A stretch of DNA of 40,860 bases from Minisyncoccota bacterium (GTDB lineage Bacteria > Patescibacteriota > Minisyncoccia > Phycocordibacterales > JBAZVT01), in contig JBAZVT010000004.1 in the NCBI GenBank assembly GCA_041660745.1, positions 1-40,860 on the forward strand, given 5' to 3'. The translations under genes were made by a program, and so were the position numbers. The notes under the pieces are model-generated. The model saw only the letters and a program-made list of their open reading frames with translations. It did no database searches and was not told where the DNA came from. Shown in pieces: positions 23,028-30,749 of this stretch (within the stretch, counting starts at the first letter, position 1; every line of letters begins with the position of its first letter).

Positions 23028-23510
23028 ATGTTTGGAATTAAAAAGGATAGAAGAACATTTTTTGAAAAAATCAGCGGAGCATCAACTATTCAAGATGCAG
23101 GCCTCCGAACCACAACAGACGAAGACGAGGAATCTGATGTCGTTGCGGTCGAACGTGATGTAGAAGATTCAGATTCCGAAGGCCAACTCACGGTAGATGT
23201 ATACCAAACACCTACGGAAATTGTTATAAAAACAATGGTAGCCGGTGTTGATCCTGATGACCTTGACGTCTCTATTAATCGCGACATGGTAACTATCCAC
23301 GGCAAGCGAGAAATGGAGCATACAGTCACTCGAGACGATTATTTTTACCAAGAATTATATTGGGGTTCTTTTTCACGAACAATCCTTCTTCCACAAGAAA
23401 TTGACGACACTGCGGCTGAAGCAATCACCAAACACGGCTTGTTAATCCTAAAACTTCCAAAGCTTAACAAAAACAAGCGCACAAAGCTCAAAATAAAATC
23501 TCACGAATAA
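23028..23510 (+). CDS. Small heat-shock protein (Hsp20/alpha-crystallin family)
   Basis: Start trimmed to MFGIKKD. alpha-crystallin core DVYQT..EIVIK..VAGVDPDDLDVSI....VTIHGKRE....GSF.R...LP.EID......A....GLLILKLPK. Confidence 0.85.
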   Translation: MFGIKKDRRTFFEKISGASTIQDAGLRTTTDEDEESDVVAVERDVEDSDSEGQLTVDVYQTPTEIVIKTMVAGVDPDDLDVSINRDMVTIHGKREMEHTVTRDDYFYQELYWGSFSRTILLPQEIDDTAAEAITKHGLLILKLPKLNKNKRTKLKIKSHE

Positions 23511-23512
23511 TC

Positions 23513-23542
23513 AAAAATCCCCTTCTCTGTGGGGGATTTTTT
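23513..23542 (+). terminator. Terminator after hsp20
   Basis: aaaaatcccc ... ggggatttttt. Confidence 0.7.
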
Positions 23543-23566
23543 AAATACGACAACCCCACATCAAGC

Positions 23567-24202
23567 CTATTGTTGTGATATATGAAAATCTTTTTTGAAT
23601 AACTTCAATGATATTTTATAAATACCATACGTAATAAAATATGCCGCAAAAACATCAATAGAATAATGGTAATGACCGAGAAGAACAATAACTGCGAAAA
23701 ATATTGAAACTGAAAAGAAAATCGGTCGAAGCCACTTCTCATCCCAAAATAATAACATCATAAGAAATGGCAGACCTGTATGACCAGAAAAAAATAAATC
23801 TCCCCCGAAGAAAAAGCTACTACCGAATCTAATCGGATCAACAGGCAGTTGATTTAACGGCTGGCCAATATGAGTCAAGACAGTAAACAAAGAGCGTACT
23901 ACTATAAATAATGAAATAGTTTTTAAGGCAAAGGGAAAATGCTTTGGCTGCACAATAACCAAAAAGAAAATAAATGCAACTAATGCATACGCGCCCCACA
24001 CAAAAATAACATCAACATCAAACGTTTTAATACTATCTAACACGATATCATTTACCGAATTACTCACCCACATTGTTGAATATAAAACAGCAATATGATT
24101 TGAAAGAAAACCCACAACAAGAAACAATACACCTAGAGCGGTAGAGATTACGAATTCTCTATTACCAAACAGTATTTTATATTTCTCAATAAGAGTTTTC
24201 AT
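23567..24202 (-). CDS. PAP2-superfamily (PAP2_C / sphingomyelin-synthase-like) integral membrane protein
   Basis: 6 TM segments; FFSGHTG and GHYHYSIDV match the SGH ... H..D phosphatase motifs. Confidence 0.65.
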   Translation of the reverse strand: MKTLIEKYKILFGNREFVISTALGVLFLVVGFLSNHIAVLYSTMWVSNSVNDIVLDSIKTFDVDVIFVWGAYALVAFIFFLVIVQPKHFPFALKTISLFIVVRSLFTVLTHIGQPLNQLPVDPIRFGSSFFFGGDLFFSGHTGLPFLMMLLFWDEKWLRPIFFSVSIFFAVIVLLGHYHYSIDVFAAYFITYGIYKISLKLFKKDFHISQQ

Positions 24203-24261
24203 GTGTGAAGATTAAAAAATATCAAGGTGAACAGAGTATTAAAACAATCACGTCTCTAAAG

Positions 24262-25272
24262 TTAAATTTTAAGCAGATTTATGTACACACCTTTCAGTTT
24301 TACAGCAAGAACCTCAATACTCTCACTCTGCGCAAGCTGTAACGCCTGAACACCAAGATCCTCTCGCAATTTCACATTTTCAACCAGTTGTCTAACATAC
24401 AACACAAATTCTTCATCGGTTTTTGCCTTCAGACAGTTCTTTCCATGTACAAGCCACCCCTGATACACAGGAATGTCACGCACAACAATAGGCAATCCAA
24501 CTGCCGCAGCCTCTAGTATTGCCATACCTTGGTTTTCTTCATAAGAAGGAAAAATAAAAATATCCAGAGAATTGTAACATTCAAAAATATTATCGATAAA
24601 ACCTGTAAATTGCACATTGGGTGGTAATATTTTAGGTAGTGTCTTTACAAGGAAACCACTGTAAATTTTACCGAACCATAAAAACTGAGAAGACGGTAAG
24701 GCTCGTGCGACTTTCAAAAAAGAGTCAATTCCTTTACGTGGAATCACCAATCCAACAGTACCAACGGTAATTGTGTTTAATTTGTATTTTTCTCTACCAT
24801 CACAACGCAGTACCTCATCTGCAAAATATTTTTTAATATCAACAGCGTTTGATTGCACGTGCAATTTTTTCGGGTTAATTCCATATGCAATAAGTAATGA
24901 CTTTGTGTATTCACTCGGACAAAATACTATATCTGCCAATCCATATGCATATATAAGATACTTCTTAAACAGCGGTGCTATATGTGGCATAAATCTAAAC
25001 ACCTGCATAGCATCCTCTACAGTCACATGTGACCAAACAACAACCTTAACGCCCTGTCTGTGAGCTTTTTTCATAAGGTACACTGATTTAAGCCAGGGTG
25101 TATTAATCTGCAAAATATCACAAGAATTATCCCATTTTTCAGTATATGCAATATTAAGATGTTCCAATATTCGTTTCTGGTTTTTATACGACGTCAACAA
25201 ACCCGTTCCTATTTTCTTAAACAGAATTCCCTTCCAAAAATGGAAAAACTCTAAATACAGACATACTTTCAT
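24262..25272 (-). CDS. Glycosyltransferase family 4 (GT-B fold)
   Basis: C-terminal EX7E-type block FPSYEENQGMAILEAAAVGLPIVV. Confidence 0.8.
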   Translation of the reverse strand: MKVCLYLEFFHFWKGILFKKIGTGLLTSYKNQKRILEHLNIAYTEKWDNSCDILQINTPWLKSVYLMKKAHRQGVKVVVWSHVTVEDAMQVFRFMPHIAPLFKKYLIYAYGLADIVFCPSEYTKSLLIAYGINPKKLHVQSNAVDIKKYFADEVLRCDGREKYKLNTITVGTVGLVIPRKGIDSFLKVARALPSSQFLWFGKIYSGFLVKTLPKILPPNVQFTGFIDNIFECYNSLDIFIFPSYEENQGMAILEAAAVGLPIVVRDIPVYQGWLVHGKNCLKAKTDEEFVLYVRQLVENVKLREDLGVQALQLAQSESIEVLAVKLKGVYINLLKI

Positions 25273-25276
25273 GATG

Positions 25277-26443
25277 TTATTTATTTATTACTTCATGATA
25301 AATATCTTCCAGCTTTTTAATAACATTTTCTTCAGAATATGTAAGGGCGCTTTCACGAGCACCGCTTGAAAGCATACTTAACAATTTTTTATCAGCAAGA
25401 ATCACACGTACCTTTTCCGCCATTTCTCTCGGGCTATCGGGAGTAACGACGTATCCATTTACATTATCTTTTACAATTTCTGGAATACCCAACGACCTCA
25501 CCCCAACCACAGGCAAACCAACCGACATGCCCTCTAACACTGACAAAGGCATATTTTCACTTTTACTCGCAGTGAGAAAAATCTCATTTGACTGAAGTGC
25601 TCGAACAAGATTTTTTCCGTACAAAAAACCAGTAAAGAGAACTTTCTCAGTAACCCCTCTTTCTCGGGCATATTTTTCAATTTTTTTTCTTTCTGGACCA
25701 TCGCCAATAAGCATCAATGTCACGAACTTCTTGATCTCTTTTAAAATAACGAGCGCATCAATAAGCTGATTAATATCTTTCTCATAGCTCAACCTCCCCA
25801 TATAAACAACAGAATCTCCAGTAATCCCCAGCAAAGCTTTCTGTTTCTTTTTCTCCTTTTCTGAAACGACGGGACTAAACAGTGTGGTGTCAATTGAATT
25901 TGCCATAATCCTCGTGGGTGTAATCAATTTATGATTTCTAATATCATCCAACACGGCGCGCGAAGGACCAAGAACCAGCGAACAGCGATTATAATAAAGT
26001 GACACAAATCTCCACGAGAATCTTTTTGCCCAATCGAAATCCAACCAAACATGTTTTAAATAGTGGTCGAAAAAGGTATGATGGGTTCCAATAATTGGTA
26101 TAGAAAATAATTTTGATGCTAACACCGCTTCCCACCCGAGAGCAAATGGCGTGTGAGCATGGATAATATCAGGCCTAAACACATACACACTTCTTAAAGT
26201 GAAACCGAGAGGTAACGTTAAACGTTCATCGGGATAGCCCCAAAATGGTATTGAAAAAACGCTCTTAATATCTAATTTTTTACTATATGATGTTTCTGAA
26301 ATATTTTTTAAATGTTTCCTTGATACAGTAAACACACGAACGTTGTGACCACGCGCGCAAAGAGCAATCGCTGTTCTATAAGCTGTGTTTGCTACTCCAT
26401 TTACTTGAGGGAAAAAAGTATCGCTAAAGATTGCTATTTTCAT
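25277..26443 (-). CDS. Glycosyltransferase family 4 (GT-B fold)
   Basis: MKIAIFSDTFFPQVNGVA N-terminus, ASKSENMPLSVLEGMSVGLPVVG. Confidence 0.85.
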   Translation of the reverse strand: MKIAIFSDTFFPQVNGVANTAYRTAIALCARGHNVRVFTVSRKHLKNISETSYSKKLDIKSVFSIPFWGYPDERLTLPLGFTLRSVYVFRPDIIHAHTPFALGWEAVLASKLFSIPIIGTHHTFFDHYLKHVWLDFDWAKRFSWRFVSLYYNRCSLVLGPSRAVLDDIRNHKLITPTRIMANSIDTTLFSPVVSEKEKKKQKALLGITGDSVVYMGRLSYEKDINQLIDALVILKEIKKFVTLMLIGDGPERKKIEKYARERGVTEKVLFTGFLYGKNLVRALQSNEIFLTASKSENMPLSVLEGMSVGLPVVGVRSLGIPEIVKDNVNGYVVTPDSPREMAEKVRVILADKKLLSMLSSGARESALTYSEENVIKKLEDIYHEVINK

Positions 26444-27297
26444 AATAATTTTTTAAATTTATTTAAAAATTGTAAAATAATTAACTCTACTTGTTCCTGT
26501 GCATCCCTTGCTACATAATGACCATTTATTTGTGGAGTAACGATGTAGGCGTTCTGCATTGCATCTTTCATATCATCTATTTCTTTTTGAGTAAGAAAAG
26601 GATCGCCCAGCCCCCCAACAAGAACTGTCGGTATGGCAATCTGACAAATTGTCTTCCTGAAATCAAGGAACGCCATTTGCGTTAACATCCACAAATTTAT
26701 AGATATAGGCATCGTCATAAGACCACCAAACACAGACCGCCAGTACCCCGCAACTTCACCATACTGATAATAATGATAGGACTTGCGATATTGCCAGAAA
26801 AAAAACATGGCGACAATAAGATAAAAATATCGTGCAACGGGTGTCAAAAAACTAACATGTCTATACACAAGCGGGTTCACCATATTCGTACTAATTAACA
26901 CAAGCCCAACAACAGCGTCCTTAAATGTGATCGTATACTCAAGTGCAACTTCACCGCCGTATGAGTATCCAACCAGCACACATCTTTGAATGTTTTCTTT
27001 CAAAATAATCTGGCGTAAATCTTTTGCAAATTGGGGGAAAGTATACAAGGACCTTTTTTTTCGCTTATCAGAATACCCATGACCTCTCATATCAACAAGC
27101 ACAACCCCGTATCCATCGCCCGCACATTTTTTTCCTACAGATAGCCATGTTGTGTGATTGGAAGAAAGTCCATGCAAAAAAACTAACGTTGGTTTCCCAT
27201 TGCATGCTGGTTGGGTAAAATAAAAAATCTCTCCATATGTTGTTTGAACATATTTTTTCTCAAACTCTCCTTCTGCATGTATCAAGGATTCTTTCAT
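26440..27297 (-). CDS. Alpha/beta-fold hydrolase
   Basis: LVFLHGLSSNHTTW oxyanion region and GYSYGG nucleophile elbow. 4-nt overlaps with both neighbours. Confidence 0.8.
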   Translation of the reverse strand: MKESLIHAEGEFEKKYVQTTYGEIFYFTQPACNGKPTLVFLHGLSSNHTTWLSVGKKCAGDGYGVVLVDMRGHGYSDKRKKRSLYTFPQFAKDLRQIILKENIQRCVLVGYSYGGEVALEYTITFKDAVVGLVLISTNMVNPLVYRHVSFLTPVARYFYLIVAMFFFWQYRKSYHYYQYGEVAGYWRSVFGGLMTMPISINLWMLTQMAFLDFRKTICQIAIPTVLVGGLGDPFLTQKEIDDMKDAMQNAYIVTPQINGHYVARDAQEQVELIILQFLNKFKKLL

Positions 27298-27884
27298 ATT
27301 TTATTCAGCCCTTTTCGATGTGCATACAAGAAAAACCCGATAAAAACCATCACAATAAAAACACCGGCTGTGAGATAGGCAATAAATTCCATGATAGAGT
27401 TTATTTTAGAAATAGCTGTCCCAAAATAAAACCCGATAAGAATTAGAGCAAGAGATTTAATAATTGTAGCTACAAAGTTGTACCACACAAACTTACCAAA
27501 ATGCATATTAGCCGCACCAGCAGCAAACAAAAACATACCCCCAACGCCATGAGAAAGCTTTCCTAAAATAAGAGTTCTACCACCCTTTTCTATAAAAAAC
27601 CTTTCGATATTTTCTACATGTGTCTCATGAATACCAATATAATGTCCCCATTTCTCTACAAAACCCCGTCTACCCCATCGACCTAATATGTAATAAATCA
27701 CATCACCTACCAAATCCCCGACAATAACAATCACATACGTAACGATAAAATTCATCAACCCGAGAGACACCACGAAACCCGCAACTACAGAAGCTACCGG
27801 ACCTTCAACAACCATTGCTGGAAATAGAATCAGATATTTATACTGTAATAATAATTGTGTTAGTTCTTCTATAGTAAAACTCAT
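27294..27884 (-). CDS. DedA-family membrane protein
   Basis: 196 aa, multi-TM, GGRTLILGKLSHGVGGMFLFAAGAANM region resembles the DedA core. Confidence 0.7.
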   Translation of the reverse strand: MSFTIEELTQLLLQYKYLILFPAMVVEGPVASVVAGFVVSLGLMNFIVTYVIVIVGDLVGDVIYYILGRWGRRGFVEKWGHYIGIHETHVENIERFFIEKGGRTLILGKLSHGVGGMFLFAAGAANMHFGKFVWYNFVATIIKSLALILIGFYFGTAISKINSIMEFIAYLTAGVFIVMVFIGFFLYAHRKGLNKI

Positions 27885-27968
27885 ACATCACCACCGTATC
27901 AGCCCCTCATTAAGGAACCATGTACTTGTATTTTCCTCTCACACATTCTTCAAAAAGTATCCACAAAA

Positions 27969-28003
27969 CAAAATACCAGCCCCTAGAGGGGCTGGTATTT
28001 TGT
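27969..28003 (-). terminator. Terminator after gyrB
   Basis: aaaataccagcccc-taga-ggggctggtatttt perfect palindrome. Confidence 0.8.
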
Positions 28004-28023
28004 TAGTTGCCTTTAACCATCTC

Positions 28024-30075
28024 TTACATGTCTATATTCGCCTTATGTGCGTTTGACTGAATAAATGATTTACGAGATGGAACATCAGTACCCATAAGGA
28101 TGTCAAATACTTTATCTGCTTCTTGGACATCGACAACAGTTACCTGTTTCAAAATACGATGCTCTTGACTCATGGTTGTTTCCTTAAGCTCTTCAGCATT
28201 CATTTCTCCAAGACCTTTATATCGTTGAATAGAAAACTTAAACGATTTCTTTCCCCCTTTTTCTTCGTCGGAATCCTCTGTAGATTCTTCTACTTCTCCC
28301 GCTTGTTCTACTTCTTCAACAGGAGCATCCTTACCCACAATTTTATTTTTTTCTTCGTCTGAATATGCGTAATGCACTTCTTTACCTCTTCTAATTTTAT
28401 AGAGTGGCGGCTGCGCAATGTAAATATATCCGCCATCAATAAGTGGTTTGAAAAAACGGAAAAACAGAGTCAAAAGCAATGTACGAATGTGTGCTCCGTC
28501 AACATCAGCATCGGTTGCAATGATGATTTTATGATAACGAAGTTTTGCTATATCAAATGTATCTCCAATGGCAGTACCAAGTGCAAGTACAAGATTTTTA
28601 ATTTGCTCTGATTCAAGCATACGGTCTAAACGAGCACGTTCAATGTTCAAAATTTTACCACGCAACGGAAGCACTGCCTGCGTACGGCGGTCACGTCCCA
28701 TTTTTGCGGTACCACCTGCAGAATCTCCTTCCACAATAAAGAGCTCTGATTCTGAGGCATCTTTTGTCTGACAGTCGGCGAGTTTACCTGGAAGTGTCAT
28801 ACCTTCTAAAACACCTTTACGTAGAACACTTTCTTTAGCTGCTTTTGCGGCCTTACGTGCCTTGAGGGCCAATACCACCTTACTAATAATCGCCCGTGCA
28901 TCCTCAGGGTTTTCCTCCAGGAAAGCATCAAAACCCTCACTAAAGGCATTTTCAACCAAACTACGGGCTTCCATAGTACCAAGCTTAGCTTTAGTTTGAC
29001 CTTCAAACTGAATATCACGAATTTTAACAGACACAACAGCAGTAAGACCTTCCAAGACGTCGTCACCTGTAAAGTTATCCTCACTATCTTTTATGAGATT
29101 GTTTTTACGTCCATAATTGTTAAGCGTACGTGTAAGAGCGGCTTTGAAACCAGTAATATGAGTTCCACCTTCGGAATTGTAAATGTTGTTTGCAAATGGC
29201 AATATGCGAGATGACATATCATCTACATACTGAAGAGCAATCTCTACAGACTCGTACTCGTTACTGTCTTTTTCTGTGTAAAAAACATTTTTATGAATTG
29301 CTTTTAATGCACTGTTGTAAAATTTCACAAGCGACAAAAGTCCACCTTCAAAATAGAAGGTCATGGATGGCGCCTCCAAACGCTCCTCCCGTAGATACAT
29401 TGCATCCTCCACATTAATCTCGCCCTTGTATTCGCGTGCATCAATAACCGTAATACGAAGACCCTTTACAAGATACGCCTGTTGACGAAGATGGTTAATG
29501 ACCCTCGTAACATCAAACGTTGTTCCTTCCTTAAAAATTTCTGCATCAGGTTTAAATGTAACAATGGTACCGTTGAGTTTTGAAGAACCCATTTTCTTGA
29601 CTGGCGCTTTTTTCTTACCGCACGAATACTCCTGCATAAACTTACCACCATCACGATGGACTTCTACCTTCATGTAAATAGAAAGCGCATTCACAACAGA
29701 TGCACCGACACCGTGGAGACCGCCGGAAACTTTGTACCCTTCACCGCCAAATTTTCCTCCGGCATGGAGCACCGTCATGATTGTTTCCAAAGCACTAACC
29801 TTTGTCTGCTTGTGCATATCAACAGGAATACCGCGACCATTATCCACGACGCGAATCATTTCCCCGGGAAGCAGTGTAACTTCGATATCATTAGCAAAAC
29901 CACCCATCGCTTCATCACGAGAGTTGTCAAAAATTTCCCAAATCAGATGGTGAAGACCATCTGGACCGGTAGTACCAATATACATACCCGGACGTTTTCT
30001 AACCGGTTCTAGGCCTTCCAGGACGGTTATATCCTCGGCACCGTAATGTGACTTCTTTTTCTCATCTTTAGCCAT
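28024..30075 (-). CDS. gyrB: DNA gyrase subunit B
   Basis: YGAEDITVLEGLEPVRKRPGMYIG, GGLHGVG, EGDSAGG, PLRGKILN, DADVDGAHI, RYKGLGEM. Confidence 0.97.
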   Translation of the reverse strand: MAKDEKKKSHYGAEDITVLEGLEPVRKRPGMYIGTTGPDGLHHLIWEIFDNSRDEAMGGFANDIEVTLLPGEMIRVVDNGRGIPVDMHKQTKVSALETIMTVLHAGGKFGGEGYKVSGGLHGVGASVVNALSIYMKVEVHRDGGKFMQEYSCGKKKAPVKKMGSSKLNGTIVTFKPDAEIFKEGTTFDVTRVINHLRQQAYLVKGLRITVIDAREYKGEINVEDAMYLREERLEAPSMTFYFEGGLLSLVKFYNSALKAIHKNVFYTEKDSNEYESVEIALQYVDDMSSRILPFANNIYNSEGGTHITGFKAALTRTLNNYGRKNNLIKDSEDNFTGDDVLEGLTAVVSVKIRDIQFEGQTKAKLGTMEARSLVENAFSEGFDAFLEENPEDARAIISKVVLALKARKAAKAAKESVLRKGVLEGMTLPGKLADCQTKDASESELFIVEGDSAGGTAKMGRDRRTQAVLPLRGKILNIERARLDRMLESEQIKNLVLALGTAIGDTFDIAKLRYHKIIIATDADVDGAHIRTLLLTLFFRFFKPLIDGGYIYIAQPPLYKIRRGKEVHYAYSDEEKNKIVGKDAPVEEVEQAGEVEESTEDSDEEKGGKKSFKFSIQRYKGLGEMNAEELKETTMSQEHRILKQVTVVDVQEADKVFDILMGTDVPSRKSFIQSNAHKANIDM

Positions 30076-30121
30076 AAAAATAGGTAGAAAACGTTAATAA
30101 ATAATTGAATTTAACCTATAT

Positions 30122-30150
30122 ATTATAGCAAAAATTAGGGTAAATAACAA
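30122..30150 (-). promoter_or_regulatory. Promoter of gyrB
   Basis: - strand TTGTTA (30145-30150), 17 nt, TATAAT (30122-30127) preceded by TGC. Confidence 0.55.
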
Positions 30151-30175
30151 ACAAAAAATGAGCACTCGAGACATC

Positions 30176-30739
30176 CTAACGCCTCCAAATATGCCCCAAA
30201 ACAAGATCAATTTTAGCATGCAATTCTGCCAAACTCCCGTCATTAGAAAAAACAACATCGGCAGACTTGATACAGGCTGACAAATTACCACGCCATGGTT
30301 CTATATTATTGTTTTCCTTCTGTTCATCCTCAAGAAATTTTTCGAACGAAACATAATCCGTACTACTTCCCCGCAAACAAACCCGCTCAAAACGAGTTTT
30401 AGGATCTGCATCAACAGCAATAAAATAACCGTCAGGGACCATCATCCTGAAAAGATCAACCTCATTAATTGATCGTATTGATTCAACAATCGCAGGACTG
30501 CCAGATCTTTTAGCGCGACTAATCAATTCTCCAATCATAAATTCTGGTCCACGCTCTCGACGAAACTCATCAGCAATAAAAGTCATAGTGTCTCGTACAG
30601 GCGGCATGCCTCGGCGGAGAATCTCCTCCAATAAAAATTGTCTTGCGGAAAAATGCTTGAAACCTTTTGTTATAAGATAATCAACAATCGCTCCCTTACC
30701 CGCACCAATTGTACCTGTAATGCCTATAATAGCTGCCAT
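30176..30739 (-). CDS. P-loop nucleotide kinase family protein (dephospho-CoA kinase / dNMP kinase-like)
   Basis: Start trimmed to MAAIIGITGTIGAGKG (Walker A), 187 aa. Confidence 0.6.
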   Translation of the reverse strand: MAAIIGITGTIGAGKGAIVDYLITKGFKHFSARQFLLEEILRRGMPPVRDTMTFIADEFRRERGPEFMIGELISRAKRSGSPAIVESIRSINEVDLFRMMVPDGYFIAVDADPKTRFERVCLRGSSTDYVSFEKFLEDEQKENNNIEPWRGNLSACIKSADVVFSNDGSLAELHAKIDLVLGHIWRR

Positions 30740-30749
30740 GGGAATATAG

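Noticed and set aside
30094-30291. 65-aa ORF spanning the gyrB promoter region and the kinase 3' end
   Set aside because: It overlaps the P-loop kinase stop and the gyrB promoter, is hydrophobic junk-like, and has no SD.
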